From assembly GCA_963814375.1 (NCBI GenBank), contig CAWFCQ010000006.1:192817-256816 (forward strand): DNA of 64,000 nt, given 5' to 3'. The translations under genes and the position numbers were made by a program. The DNA is from an uncultured Chloroflexia bacterium. GTDB lineage: Bacteria > Chloroflexota > Limnocylindria > QHBO01. How positions within the stretch are numbered: position 1 is the stretch's first letter; each line of letters starts with the position of its first letter. Of the stretch, positions 11,123 through 22,253 are shown piece after piece. Below the pieces are notes generated by a model. That model saw nothing but the letters and a program-made list of their open reading frames with translations, was not told the origin of the DNA and did not search any database.

Positions 11123-11442
11123 CCCGGGGAGCTCCGACCCGGAGCCCGGCTCGGTCGGCCGCCGCCCGCCTCGGGGGCGCCTGCGGGCTTGCCCTCTCCG
11201 CCAGCTGCGCCGACGCCGAGCGCGGCGACGATCGGATCCTCGTCACCCAGGTTCAGCCGTGCCCGTCGCATCACGCGGCGCTCGCGTGCCGCGTCCTCGG
11301 TGTCCCGGCGCTCGTCGCGCACGGACTGGTCTCCGCGGCGCCTGCGTCGCGTGGCCAGGAGCACAGAACCGCCGATCAGCGCAACGCTCGCGATGCCGAC
11401 GATCGCGATCGCGAGCACGAGCCCCAGCATCGGCCCTTCCAT
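11119..11442 (-). CDS. Small single-TM hypothetical protein
   Basis: N-terminal TM then basic tail; start abuts the stop of the GGDEF gene. Confidence 0.6.
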   Translation of the reverse strand: MEGPMLGLVLAIAIVGIASVALIGGSVLLATRRRRRGDQSVRDERRDTEDAARERRVMRRARLNLGDEDPIVAALGVGAAGGEGKPAGAPEAGGGRPSRAPGRSSPG

Positions 11443-13073
11443 CAGCCGGCTGCCCGTCGGGCCTTGGCGCCGGAGCGTGGCGTGGCCGTGCTTCGCCGGC
11501 GCGGCGTCGTGCCGTTGCGGCGCGGGTTGGCCTCGGAGGTTTCGATGTGTGGCAGGCCGTCACGTGCCCGCTCGTGCAGCCGGTATACCTCCTCGAGCCC
11601 GTCGGGAGGAACCGCCTCCGCGTAGATGGAGCGGAAGACCTCGACCACGTCGGGGTCGAACTGCGTGCCGGCGTTGCTCGACAGCTCCTCGAGCGCCTCG
11701 GAATGGGTGAGCGCCTGGCTGTACGGCCGGTCGTGGACCATGGCGTGATATGCATCGGCGACGGCGACGATGCGCGCTCCGAGCGGGATCTCGGTTCCGC
11801 GCAGGCCGTGGGGATACCCGCCGCCGTTGAAGCGCTCGTGGTGGTGGAGCACGACGGGGATCGCCTCGCGCAGGCTGGATGCCTGCTCGAGGATGACCTG
11901 CCCGATGCGGGGATGCTCGCCGATGGCCTGCCACTCCTCGTCGGAGAGGGTCGAGGGCTTGTCGAGGATCTCCTCCGGGATGGCGATCTTGCCGAGGTCG
12001 TGGAGCAGCGACGCGATGCGGATGCGCTCGATCTCCTCTCGGGGCAGTCCCATCTCGAGGCCCATCCCGGTCGCAAGCGAGGCGATCATGTCGGACGGCC
12101 GTCCGCGGTGGTTCGGCTGCGGGGCGAGCACCGAAGCGAGCGCCTGCGTGGCGGTGTCGCTGGCCCAGCGGCCGATGGCGTTGGCGGCCGCGCGCCGCTC
12201 GGACGAGATCGGCGCTCGCCGCACCGGCGCCTCGTCGTCCAGCTCGCGATAGAGGTAGGTCCGGTTGCGGCCGAGCGACTTGGCCGCGTACATCGCCGCA
12301 TCGGCCCGATCGACGAGCATGTCGAGCTGGAGCTCCGAGCCGCGACCGCCGGCGATGCCGATGCTGATGGTGGCCTTGATGGTCTGGCCGCCGGCGATGC
12401 GGAGGGTCTCGTGCATGACCAGGGCGCGCAGCTCCTCCGCCATGGCCACCGCGTCCTCGGGGAGCGTCTCGGGCAGGATGAGCATGAACTCCTCGCCCCC
12501 GTACCGCCCGAAGGTGTCGCTGGCGCGGACGGCATCGGCGAGGAGCTCGGCGATCTGGCGCAGCACCGCGTCGCCGGAGTTGTGGCCGTAGGTGTCGTTG
12601 ATCGGCTTGAAGCGGTCGATGTCGATGAAGGCGACGCTGAGCGGCTTGTAGTGGCGCCCGGCGCGGTCGACCTCGGAGCCCAGCGTCGAGAGCAGGGTCT
12701 CGCGATTCGGGATGCCCGTCAGCCGATCGTGCGTCGCTCGGGCCTCGGTCTGGAGGAAGGCGCCGGCCGCGGTGTTGAACGCCCTGGCCAGACGCTGCTC
12801 GGCCGGGATGCCGCCCACGCGCAGGTGAATCGGGTCCTCGGCCACGAGGGTGCGCTCGAGCGCCCGTGCCAGGCGGCTGAGGCGCCAGCCGAAGTAGCTC
12901 CAGGCCAGCAGCGCCGTCGTGGTCATGCCGGCGGCCGCCGCGACCCCCAGCACGAGGATGAGCGTCGGGCGCTCGGATGCGGGCACGGCGGCCGAGACCC
13001 CGAGCGCGACGGTCACGAGCGCGGCGACGGCCAGAGGGGCAAGGAACCCGATAGCGCGGACGAAGCTCAGCAC
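11442..13073 (-). CDS. Membrane-anchored GGDEF + HD-GYP c-di-GMP enzyme
   Basis: 2 TM; DRLTG, DIDRFKPINDTYGH, RASD..RYGGEEF, HDLGK, HHERFNGGGYP; start estimated (GTG 13073). Confidence 0.92.
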   Translation of the reverse strand: MLSFVRAIGFLAPLAVAALVTVALGVSAAVPASERPTLILVLGVAAAAGMTTTALLAWSYFGWRLSRLARALERTLVAEDPIHLRVGGIPAEQRLARAFNTAAGAFLQTEARATHDRLTGIPNRETLLSTLGSEVDRAGRHYKPLSVAFIDIDRFKPINDTYGHNSGDAVLRQIAELLADAVRASDTFGRYGGEEFMLILPETLPEDAVAMAEELRALVMHETLRIAGGQTIKATISIGIAGGRGSELQLDMLVDRADAAMYAAKSLGRNRTYLYRELDDEAPVRRAPISSERRAAANAIGRWASDTATQALASVLAPQPNHRGRPSDMIASLATGMGLEMGLPREEIERIRIASLLHDLGKIAIPEEILDKPSTLSDEEWQAIGEHPRIGQVILEQASSLREAIPVVLHHHERFNGGGYPHGLRGTEIPLGARIVAVADAYHAMVHDRPYSQALTHSEALEELSSNAGTQFDPDVVEVFRSIYAEAVPPDGLEEVYRLHERARDGLPHIETSEANPRRNGTTPRRRSTATPRSGAKARRAAG

Positions 13074-13293
13074 GCGGTGAGGATGCGGCCCACGGTCCCG
13101 GCCGGCCATGGGCCGATCGTCCGGAGGCGCGCTCGGGCAACGCCCGCGTCGAGCGGATTTGGCCGGTTGTGCGGAGCGGTGCAGTACGCGCGCAGTACAT
13201 CGGTTCGTCGTGCGCCGCCACGGTCCGCCGCGGCTAGCGCCGCCGCTATCATGGCGACGTGCCCGGTCAGCTACGGACCGTCTGATACGCCTC

Positions 13294-14778
13294 GTGCGCG
13301 CCCGCATCGAGCTGCCGCACCCATCAGGCGAGGCGCTACCCATCTACCAACCCCACGGTCCACGCGAGGAGTGCGGCGTGGTGGGCATCTGGTCTCCGGG
13401 TGGCCCCGTCGCCCGCATGGCCTATGTCGGCCTCCACGCCCTCCAGCACCGTGGGCAGGAGTCGGCGGGAATCGCGGTGAGCGATGGCGAACGCCTCTCG
13501 CTCCACAAGCGCCTCGGGCTGGTGAGCAGCGTGTTCGACGAGGAGACCCTCGCGCGCCTGGAGGGTGGTGACGATCCCACCCGTGCGCCGGTCGCCTCGA
13601 TCGGCCACACGCGGTACAGCACCACCGGCTCGAACACCCTCCCCAACGTTCAGCCGGTGTTCGCGCGAACCGATCGCAGCGAGCTGATGCTGGGCCACAA
13701 CGGCAACCTCACCAACGCCCGCTGGCTGCGTGACGAGCTTACCGAGCAGGGTGTCGAGTTCGCGTCCGCATCGGACACCGAGGTCCTCGCCAAGCTGGTG
13801 GCTCATGCACCCGGGCGCACGTGGGCCCAGCGCGTCGATCATGCCTTCCACCGGGCGACCGGGGCGTACACCTTCACGATGCTGACGCCCGAGGCGCTGG
13901 TGGCGGCGAGAGATCCGGTCGGCTTCCGGCCGCTGGCCCTCGGCCGGCTGCCGAACGGCGGCTGGGCGGTCGCATCGGAGAGCACGGCGCTCGACGCCAT
14001 CGGCGCGCTCTTCGTGCGCGACGTCGAGGCAGGGGAGGTCCTCACCATCACCGCCTCCGGCGTCGACTCCTTCCGATCCAGCCAGGCCACGCCCGACCGA
14101 GAGCGCCTGTGCGTCTTCGAGTACGTGTACCTGGCGCGGCCCGACAGTGTCATCGACGGCCGCCTGCTGTACGAGGCCCGGCTCGAGATGGGCCGCGCAC
14201 TGGCCCGCGAGAAGCCGGCCGATGCGGACATCGTCATCGCCGTCCCGGACTCGGCCATCCCCGCCGCGATCGGCTATGCGGAGGAGGCAGGGCTTCCGTA
14301 TCGCGAGGGCCTGATCAAGTCGCGGTACGTCGGCCGAACCTTCATCCAGCCGGCGCAGGCGGGTCGCGAGGAGGCGGTGCGGCTGAAGTTCAACCCCCTG
14401 CCGGAGCTGCTGGCCGGCAAGCGCGTGGTGGTCGTCGACGACTCGATCGTGCGCGGCACGACGACCGCGCCGATCGTCGCGATGCTGCGACGTGCCGGAG
14501 CGGCCGAAGTGCACGTCCGCATCCACTCGCCCGAAATGCGCCACCCGTGCTACATGGGCGTCGACACCGGGCGTCGAGGCGAGCTGATCGCCTCGACGCA
14601 CTCCACCGAGGAGATCCGGCGCGTGATCGGCGCCGATTCCCTCGGCTACCTATCCCAGGACGGGATGCTCGCCGCAATCGGCGGCCGGCGCGAGGCGCGC
14701 TGCACCGCCTGCTTCGACGGCCGATACCCGACCGACGTGCCGCTCGAGCTGGACAAGCTCGCGCTCGAGCACAGCTGA
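13294..14778 (+). CDS. purF: Amidophosphoribosyltransferase
   Basis: Propeptide REE|CGVVG, LQHRGQESAG, GHTRYSTTG, CVFEYVY, VVVDDSIVRGTT, CTACF; start estimated. Confidence 0.96.
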   Translation: MRARIELPHPSGEALPIYQPHGPREECGVVGIWSPGGPVARMAYVGLHALQHRGQESAGIAVSDGERLSLHKRLGLVSSVFDEETLARLEGGDDPTRAPVASIGHTRYSTTGSNTLPNVQPVFARTDRSELMLGHNGNLTNARWLRDELTEQGVEFASASDTEVLAKLVAHAPGRTWAQRVDHAFHRATGAYTFTMLTPEALVAARDPVGFRPLALGRLPNGGWAVASESTALDAIGALFVRDVEAGEVLTITASGVDSFRSSQATPDRERLCVFEYVYLARPDSVIDGRLLYEARLEMGRALAREKPADADIVIAVPDSAIPAAIGYAEEAGLPYREGLIKSRYVGRTFIQPAQAGREEAVRLKFNPLPELLAGKRVVVVDDSIVRGTTTAPIVAMLRRAGAAEVHVRIHSPEMRHPCYMGVDTGRRGELIASTHSTEEIRRVIGADSLGYLSQDGMLAAIGGRREARCTACFDGRYPTDVPLELDKLALEHS

Positions 14779-14780
14779 CC

Positions 14781-15812
14781 GTGGCGCGCACGTACCGCGA
14801 GGCCGGCGTCGATGTCGATGCCGCGGAGCGTGCCGTCGAGCGGATCGCCCGTGCGGCGGCTGCGACCACCACGCCGAACGTGCTGGGCGGTGTCGGCGGA
14901 TTCGGCGGGCTCTTCCGCTTCGATCCGAGCGCCTACCCGGATCCGGTCCTCGTGAGCAGCACCGATGGGGTCGGTACCAAGCTGCGGGTCGCCATCGAGC
15001 TCGAACGGTACGACCGGATCGGCGTCGACCTGGTCAACGCCTGCCTCAACGACATCGCCGTGACCGGCGCCGACCCGCTCTTCTTCCTCGACTACATCGG
15101 CCTGGCGGCGCTGCGCGAAGAGGTCGTGGACCAGATCGTGGGCGGGGTCGCGGCCGGCTGCGCAGCGGCCGGCATCCCGCTCATCGGCGGCGAGACCGCC
15201 CAGATGCCGGACCTGTATCGCGACGGCGACTTCGACCTCGTGGGCTTCGCCGTCGGTGTCGTCGCGCGTGCCGACCTGATCGATGGCTCGGCTGTGCGGC
15301 CTGGGGACATCCTCGTCGGCCTCCCGTCCAGCGGCCTCCACACCAATGGCTACAGCCTGGCGCGCCGCGTCCTCCCGCCGGTGACCTGGCGCGAGCCGAT
15401 GCCCGGCAACGGCGCCACCATCGGCGACGCGCTCCTCGAGCCTCATCGCTCCTACCGCGACGAGATCGGCATCCTGCGCCGTGCCGCTCGCGACCACGGG
15501 AGTGACGTCGGCGCGCTCGCGCACCTCACCGGCGGTGGCTGGGAGGGCAACATCCCCCGCACGCTGCCCGACGGCATCGGGGTCGAGATCGACACGGGCT
15601 CCTGGCCGGTGCCGCCGATCTTCACCCTCATCCAGCAGCGAGGCGACATCGCCGACGAGGAGATGGTGCGCACCTTCAACGTCGGGATCGGCCTCACTGC
15701 CACCGTCACCGCTGACGCGGTCGAGGCGGTGCTCGCCGCTCTGCCGGAGGCATGCCGCGTCGGCAGGGTCGTCGAGATTCCCGCCGGGGAGCCGCGCGTC
15801 CGCTTCGCATGA
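14781..15812 (+). CDS. purM: AIR synthetase
   Basis: TYREAGVD, GGFGG, STDGVGTK, GGETA, SSGLHTNGYSL, HLTGGG, TFNVGIG. Confidence 0.97.
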   Translation: MARTYREAGVDVDAAERAVERIARAAAATTTPNVLGGVGGFGGLFRFDPSAYPDPVLVSSTDGVGTKLRVAIELERYDRIGVDLVNACLNDIAVTGADPLFFLDYIGLAALREEVVDQIVGGVAAGCAAAGIPLIGGETAQMPDLYRDGDFDLVGFAVGVVARADLIDGSAVRPGDILVGLPSSGLHTNGYSLARRVLPPVTWREPMPGNGATIGDALLEPHRSYRDEIGILRRAARDHGSDVGALAHLTGGGWEGNIPRTLPDGIGVEIDTGSWPVPPIFTLIQQRGDIADEEMVRTFNVGIGLTATVTADAVEAVLAALPEACRVGRVVEIPAGEPRVRFA

Positions 15813-16369
15813 GGCTCGGCGTCCTCGTCTCCGGGCGGGGATCGAACCTCGAGGCCGTCCTCGACGCCGGCTTCGAGGTTGCGCTCGTGATCAGCAATCG
15901 GCCCGGTGTCCGCGCGCTCGACGTGGCCCGCGACCATGGGGTCGCGTCAGCGGTCCTGCCGAGGTCGGCATTCGCCGATGCCGCGGCGCGAGATGCCGCG
16001 ATCGGGGCCGCGCTGACCGATGCGAACGTCGCCATCTGCCTCCTGGCGGGCTACGACCAGCTGCTCGGCCCAGCCTTCTTCGCCAGCTTCGGGGGTCGGA
16101 CGATCAACATCCACCCCTCGCTTCTGCCCGCGCACGGTGGACGCGGCATGGTCGGCATTGCCGTGCATCAGTCGGTCCTGGAAGCGGGTGAGCCCGAGAC
16201 CGGCGTGACGATCCACGAGGTCACCGCCGACCTGGACGCCGGCCCGATCGTGGCGCAGGCGCGCGTTCCGGTGCTCGCGGGCGACGACGCCGAGACGCTC
16301 GCGGCGCGGGTCCTGGCGGAGGAGCACCGCCTCCTCGTGGCGACCCTGGCCGAGCTCGCCGCTCGGTGA
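15809..16369 (+). CDS. purN: GAR formyltransferase
   Basis: SGRGSNL, LAGY, NIHPSLLP, GVTIH..DAGPI. Confidence 0.96.
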   Translation: MRLGVLVSGRGSNLEAVLDAGFEVALVISNRPGVRALDVARDHGVASAVLPRSAFADAAARDAAIGAALTDANVAICLLAGYDQLLGPAFFASFGGRTINIHPSLLPAHGGRGMVGIAVHQSVLEAGEPETGVTIHEVTADLDAGPIVAQARVPVLAGDDAETLAARVLAEEHRLLVATLAELAAR

Positions 16370-16486
16370 CGCCCGCTTCATGGGGAACCATGAGGCCGAG
16401 AAGGCCGCGGGGCACGATGCGTGCTAGCATGCCGGACGGCGACGCGCGCGCCGAACCCCGCACAGATTTCCCGGAACAGGAGCTCA

Positions 16487-17087
16487 ATGGACGCGATTCT
16501 CGAACCGATCGGCCAGTTCTGGGAAGGATTCCTGAGCAACCCGATCGTGCAGCTGGCGAGCCAGCTGATCGTGATCTACGTGGTCCTCCTGTGGCTGGGG
16601 ACGGCGTACTGGGCCTTCCGCGACATGCAGTCCCGGACCGAGAACCCGATCATGCCGTACTTCGCGGCCGCCCTCATCATCTTCTTCACTCCGCTGCTGT
16701 TCCTCTTTGCCGTCGTCCTCTACCTCATCGTGCGCCCGCGAGAGTCGCTGGCCGAGGTCTACGAGCGATCGCTGGCGGAGGAGAGCCTCCTGGCCGAGGT
16801 GGAGAAGAACGAGCTCTGCCCGGTCTGCCGTGATCGGGTCGACGCCGACTGGCTGGTCTGCCCCAACTGCCGCACCCGCCTCCACCGGGTCTGCCCGTCG
16901 TGCAACCGGCTGGCCGAGCCGACCTGGCCGCTGTGCGCGTTCTGCGGCCGTGAGTTCGAGCGGTCGTCGCGCGCCGCAGCCCGTGCCCGGACGCCGGTCG
17001 AGACGCCTGTCGGAGAGCCCGATCGACGCGATTCCGGCCGATGCGACGGCCGAGCACGCCCGGCTGCGCGGAGCGACCAACACCTGA
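16487..17087 (+). CDS. Membrane protein with C-terminal double zinc ribbon (in frame with the downstream CPBP as read)
   Basis: SD AGGAG before ATG 16487; TM helices; CPVC..CPNC..CPSC..CAFC; likely true C-terminus in another frame ending at 17087. Confidence 0.7.
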
Positions 17088-18091
17088 CCGAGACGCCGGG
17101 GGAGTCCGCGCCCACGCCGCCGGAGGGCCTGCCCACCGGGCCTCATCCCACCATCGGTCCGGCCACCGTCGGCATGCCTCGTTGGCCCGGGCCGCTGATG
17201 ATCATCGCCGGCGCGCTGCTGGCAATGGGAGCCTTCGGCGCGCTGGTCGCGCTCGACGCCGGCCAGCTCACCGCCAACCGGTCGACCCTTGCGTGGCTCG
17301 CCCTGGCGGGCGCGCTCGTCTTCGTGGCGGGCCTGGTGTGGTCGGCAATCCGGCAGATCCGCATCCGTCGCGTGCTGCCGCCGGAGCGATATCGCGGCCC
17401 GTCGGTCCTCATCCTGCTCGCGCTGGTCCTCGTGGGCGTCACGCTGGTGACGGCCCCGTTCGGCGAGGACGCGACGGCGCTCGTCGAGGGAGTTGGCGAG
17501 CTTTCGGCCCTCGGCGCCGTGGTCCTGCTCGTCTCGACCCAGCTCTCGCTGCTCGTCGTGGCGTGGCTCTTCGTCTTCCGCCCCCGAGCGCTGGCCGGCC
17601 TGCCCGCCTTCCCGGGTCCGGACCCGCGGCGCGCGATCATGACCGGCGTCGGCTATGGCGCCGTGGCGTGGCTCGTGACCTCGCTGCTGCTCAACCTCAT
17701 GGCGCTGCTGCTCGAGCAGATCGGGATCGAGGCGACGCCCCAGGCTGCGGAGCAGGCGATCGGCATGCTCGATCCGTGGCTCGTGGTCCTCGCGGTGGTG
17801 GTGCTGGCGCCGATCGCGGAGGAGATCTTCTTCCGCGGCATCGTCTACAACGCGTGGCTACGCGAGGGCGGGCGCCGCTGGGCGTTCTTCGGCTCCGCCG
17901 CGCTGTTCGCGCTCATCCACCTCTCGCTCGTCGCCGCGGTGCCGATCTTCCTGCTGGGTCTCGCCCTGGCGTGGGTCTACGAGCGCACGGGCACGCTGCT
18001 GGCGCCGATCGCGATGCATGTGACCGTCAACGCGATCACGGTCACGCTCGCCCTCCTCGTGCGCTTCGAGGTCATACGGCTGCCGGTCTGA
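17084..18091 (+). CDS. CPBP/Abi family intramembrane glutamic protease
   Basis: APIAEEIFFRG, FALIH, H..VN motifs; start uncertain. Confidence 0.85.
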   Translation: MTETPGESAPTPPEGLPTGPHPTIGPATVGMPRWPGPLMIIAGALLAMGAFGALVALDAGQLTANRSTLAWLALAGALVFVAGLVWSAIRQIRIRRVLPPERYRGPSVLILLALVLVGVTLVTAPFGEDATALVEGVGELSALGAVVLLVSTQLSLLVVAWLFVFRPRALAGLPAFPGPDPRRAIMTGVGYGAVAWLVTSLLLNLMALLLEQIGIEATPQAAEQAIGMLDPWLVVLAVVVLAPIAEEIFFRGIVYNAWLREGGRRWAFFGSAALFALIHLSLVAAVPIFLLGLALAWVYERTGTLLAPIAMHVTVNAITVTLALLVRFEVIRLPV

Positions 18092-18161
18092 CGGGGCCGG
18101 CCCGCGGCGGTAATCCGCCCGTAAGCAGCCGAAGAGGCGGCCGCGGCTATCGTCGCCGACC

Positions 18162-18866
18162 ATGACCAGCCGCCCGGTTCCGATCCCGATCTCATCGCAT
18201 CGCCGCACCGACCCCGGAGCCGATCGTCTGCGTCGCCTCGGGCCCGACGCCTGCGACGACCACGAGCTTCTTGCCATCCTGCTGGGTGGCGGCTCCGGTG
18301 CGCATCGGACCGCCCGCCGGCTCGTCGAGCGCTTCGGCTCGCTGCGCGGCGCGGCGACGGCGCATCCGTCCGAGCTGGCGCTGGCCGGCGTGGCTCCCGC
18401 GGTGGCTCCTCGTCTCTGCGCGGCCCTCGAGCTCGCGCGGCGCGTGGCGCGAACGCCGTCGACCGACCCGTGGTTGATTCGCACCCCGGCCGACGTGGCA
18501 GAGCCGCTCATCGATGCAATGGGCTCGCTCGAGCGCGAGGAGCTCCGCGTGCTCCTTCTCGACACCAAGAACATCGTCGCCGCAGAGCGGACGGTGTACC
18601 GCGGCAACCTGGCGGGCTCGTCGGTGCGCGTCGGCGAGGTGTTTGCCGAGGCGGTGCGGCGGTGCGCGGCCGCGGTCATCGTTGCCCACAACCACCCGAG
18701 CGGCGATCCCGCGCCGTCCGGGGAGGACCTGCGCATCACCGCCGAGCTGGCCGACGCCGGGCGCCTGCTCGACATCGAGCTCCTCGACCACCTCATCATC
18801 GGGCGTGGACGATGGACCAGCCTCCGCGCGCTGGGAGCTCTCGGTCAGCCGCCGACGAGGCGGTAG
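18162..18866 (+). CDS. radC: RadC-like JAB domain protein
   Basis: ELLAILL, HhH-like region, AHNHPSGD..PS.ED, LLDHLIIG. Confidence 0.93.
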   Translation: MTSRPVPIPISSHRRTDPGADRLRRLGPDACDDHELLAILLGGGSGAHRTARRLVERFGSLRGAATAHPSELALAGVAPAVAPRLCAALELARRVARTPSTDPWLIRTPADVAEPLIDAMGSLEREELRVLLLDTKNIVAAERTVYRGNLAGSSVRVGEVFAEAVRRCAAAVIVAHNHPSGDPAPSGEDLRITAELADAGRLLDIELLDHLIIGRGRWTSLRALGALGQPPTRR

Positions 18867-20123
18867 ATCGTTCCCGACCCGATGTCGGCGAGATACAGCT
18901 CACCCGCGGAATCCTCGCCGAAGGCCGTCGGCCTCGCGCCGGTCTCGAGCAGAACCCGTGGCGCGGACACGGCCGTGGCATCGGAGGGGATCCCGAAGAG
19001 GAGGCCGGAGCAGTAGTCGCCAAAGAGGTACCAACCACCGAGCCCCGCGATCGCGTCGCCTCGGTAGACGTAGCCGCCAGTGACGGCGCAACCGAGGTCG
19101 CGGCCGTACTCGGTGACCGGGAGCACGAGGCCCTCGGTGTCGCACTCGTTGCTGTCATAGCAATGGGACGCCTCCATCACCACCCAGCCGAAGTTCGCCC
19201 CGGCACCGGCCGCGGGATCGATGCGATTGATCTCCTCGTACTGGTTCTGCCCCACGTCGGCGATCCAGATCTCGCCGGTGACCTCGTCGAAGCTGAAGCG
19301 CCATGGATTGCGGAGGCCGGAGAAGTAGACCTCGGGCGCACCAAGGTCGCCATCGGCGAACGGGTTGTCGGGCGGGATCGCGTAGGGCTGGCCGGCATCG
19401 CCGTCCACGTCCAGCCGCAGGATCTTGCCGAGCAGGGTGTGCGTGTCCTGGCCATTCCCCCCGGGGTCGCCGCCCGGGCCGCCGTCGCCGAGAGCCAGAT
19501 AGAGGTATCCGTCCGGGCCGAACGAGAGCTGCCCGCCGTTGTGGTTGGGGTGTGGCTGGTGCCTGTCGGAGGAGGATCCGCTCCGAAGCGGCATCGAGCA
19601 GCGGCGGCCCATGCTGCTCCGCGGACGCGGCCGCGAACTCGGAGAGCACGGTGTCGCCGGCGAGATCGGTGTAGTGGACGAACGCGCGAGGCACGTCCGG
19701 CCATCCCGGGTGAAGCGCCAGCCCGAGGAGTCCCTGCTCGTTGTCGGCTAGGACGCGATCGCCGATGTCGAGGGCCACCGCCGTCTCGCCGGTCGCCGGG
19801 TCGAGTGCCACCACCCGCCCGGCACGCTCGTTCACGAGCAGGGTGCCGTCGGGTACGGCTGAGATGCCGATCGGGTCGGCGATCCCCCGCGCCACCACCT
19901 CGAGCCCCAGCGCCGGTGGATCCGCGGCGATCGGCGGAACGGTCGGTGACGGGGATGGCGTTGGCTCGGCCGTCATGCTCGGGGAGGGCGACGCGGTGGG
20001 TGCGGCCGTCGATGCCTCCGGCGTGGCCGGCACACTGGCGGAGGGCGACGGAGACGGCTCCGCCGAGCAGGCGGCGAGCAGCACGCAGACGATGGCGACG
20101 ACCGTTGGATGAGGCAGCTTCAT
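18845..20123 (-). CDS. PQQ-dependent sugar (glucose/sorbosone) dehydrogenase lipoprotein; frameshift near 19560
   Basis: Lipobox LAAC, P/S/T linker, EQGLLGLALHP, NHNGG..FGPDG, GKILR, GLRNPWRFSFD across two frames. Confidence 0.88.
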
Positions 20124-20165
20124 CAGGCCCATTCTGACTCGATCGGGTAGGGTTGCGAGACAGCC

Positions 20166-22253
20166 ATGACGACGACGAAGGAGAGCGTTCGACGCGCGAT
20201 CCGCACGGTGATCGCTGGCCGCGAGCCGGGCGCCGACGAGATCGGGACGCGCCGCGGCATCGTGGTCGAGCGGATCAGCCCCCAGATCGATGGCGGCCGC
20301 TACCCGGTGAAGCGCGTCGTCGGCGACCAGCTGCTGGTGACCGCCGACATCCTTGCCGACGGCCACGGCCTGCTCGATGCCGCGCTGCTCGTCCGCGCGG
20401 ACGACGAGACCGAGTGGCGCGAGACGCCCATGCGGCCGATCGACAACGATCGGTGGTCCGGTCACCTGGAGCTGACCCGCAACCGGCGGCACAGCTACGC
20501 CGTGGAGGCGTGGCGCGACGCCTTCGGAACGTGGCTGCACGGCCTCCAACGCAAGGTGGAGGCCGGCGTCTCCGTGCCGGTCGAGCTCGAGGAAGGCCGC
20601 ATCCTGGTGGAGAGCGCCCTCGAGCGCGCCGAGGAGGCGGAGGCCGCGGACGACATCCTCAGCCTCAGATCGGCCCTCGCATCGTTCGGGAGGTCACGCT
20701 CGCAGGCCACCAGGGTCGCGGCGCTCGGTGGAGACGACCTTGCCGCGGCGATGCGGCGGCATCCGGATCGGCGCTTCGCCTCCCGCTCGACGGAGCTCCC
20801 GCTCGTCGTCGACCGCGAGCGCGCGCGCTTCGGCGCCTGGTACGAGCTCTTTCCGCGCTCGCAGGGCCGCGACCCGAGGAAGCCGGTGGCGACCACCTTC
20901 GCCGAGGCGGAGTGGCGCCTGCCGGAGATCGCGGCGATGGGCTTCGACGTTCTCTACCTGCCGCCGATCCACCCGATCGGCCACACGAATCGCAAGGGCC
21001 GCAACAACGTCCTGGAGGCGGCGCCGGGGGACGTCGGATCGCCGTACGCCATCGGGTCGGCCGATGGTGGGCACGACGCCGTGGCGCCCGAGCTCGGCGG
21101 AATCGAGGGGCTGCGGAGATTCCGCGACGCCGTCGAGTCGCGCGGGATGGAGCTGGCGATGGACATCGCCATCCAGGCCTCGCCGGATCATCCGTACGTG
21201 AGCACGCATCCGGAGTGGTTTCGCCACGCGCCTGACGGGACGATCAAGTTCGCCGAGAACCCGCCGAAGAAGTACCAGGACATCTACCCGATCGCGTTCG
21301 ACGACGAGGATCACGGTGCGCGCGAGGCGCTGTGGCGCGAGTGGAAGCGGATCTTCGAGGTCTGGATCGGCGAGGGAGTCCGCATCTTCCGCGTCGACAA
21401 CCCGCACACCAAGCCGATCGCGTTCTGGGCCTGGCTCATCCCGGCCATCCAGGCCGACCATCCCGACGTCATCTTCCTCTCGGAGGCGTTCACGAAGCCG
21501 AAGATGATGCGGCTGCTGGCGAAGGTCGGCTTCACCCAGAGCTACACGTACTTCACCTGGCGCGAGTCGGCCGCCGATCTGCGCGACTACCTGACGGAGC
21601 TGACGCAGACCGAGATGCGCGAGTACTTCCGCGGCAACCTCTTCACCAACACACCGGACATCAACCCGCACCACCTCGACCACGGTCGCCCGGCGTTCGT
21701 GATCCGCTCCGTGCTGGCGGCCACCCTGTCGAGCTCGTACGGGATCTACTCGGGCTGGGAGCTGTGCGAATCCGCACGCCTCGGCGAGCGCGAGGAGTAC
21801 CTCGACAGTGAGAAGTACGAGATCCGTGCCCGCGACTGGAACGCCAAGGGCAACATCAAGCTCCTCATCGGCGAGCTCAACCGGCTGCGCCATGAGCGCC
21901 CCGCCCTGAAGCGCTACGACAACCTCCGCTTCGAGGCGGTCAGCGGCGACCGGACGCTCTTCTATCGCAAGGCGCTGCCCCACGGGAAGGTGGATCCGCT
22001 CACGGGTCACCCGCTTCGCTGGCGGGACGCGGTGTACGTCGCGGTGAACTGCGATCCGACCACCCCGGAGCGCGCGATCCTCCATCCCGACCTGCCCGCG
22101 GTCGGGATCGGGTGGGATGAGACCTACCAGCTCACCGACCTGCTGAGCGGTGCCACGTCACTGGAGCGCGGGGCAGACCTGGCGGTTGTCCTCGATCCGG
22201 CGGCGGAGGCGTTCCGCATCTTCACCATCAACAAGCTGAGCGCGGACAGTTGA
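20166..22253 (+). CDS. glgE: Alpha-1,4-glucan:maltose-1-phosphate maltosyltransferase
   Basis: [47 protein letters not shown]. Confidence 0.96.
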   Translation: MTTTKESVRRAIRTVIAGREPGADEIGTRRGIVVERISPQIDGGRYPVKRVVGDQLLVTADILADGHGLLDAALLVRADDETEWRETPMRPIDNDRWSGHLELTRNRRHSYAVEAWRDAFGTWLHGLQRKVEAGVSVPVELEEGRILVESALERAEEAEAADDILSLRSALASFGRSRSQATRVAALGGDDLAAAMRRHPDRRFASRSTELPLVVDRERARFGAWYELFPRSQGRDPRKPVATTFAEAEWRLPEIAAMGFDVLYLPPIHPIGHTNRKGRNNVLEAAPGDVGSPYAIGSADGGHDAVAPELGGIEGLRRFRDAVESRGMELAMDIAIQASPDHPYVSTHPEWFRHAPDGTIKFAENPPKKYQDIYPIAFDDEDHGAREALWREWKRIFEVWIGEGVRIFRVDNPHTKPIAFWAWLIPAIQADHPDVIFLSEAFTKPKMMRLLAKVGFTQSYTYFTWRESAADLRDYLTELTQTEMREYFRGNLFTNTPDINPHHLDHGRPAFVIRSVLAATLSSSYGIYSGWELCESARLGEREEYLDSEKYEIRARDWNAKGNIKLLIGELNRLRHERPALKRYDNLRFEAVSGDRTLFYRKALPHGKVDPLTGHPLRWRDAVYVAVNCDPTTPERAILHPDLPAVGIGWDETYQLTDLLSGATSLERGADLAVVLDPAAEAFRIFTINKLSADS

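Noticed and set aside
18162-18866. radC as a mobile-element marker
   Set aside because: Full-length chromosomal type; no integrase, att sites or obvious composition shift
20146-20155. GGTAGGGT before glgE (and near 41382) as further copies of the structured element
   Set aside because: Lacks the full core and flanking hairpins; better read as -10 boxes
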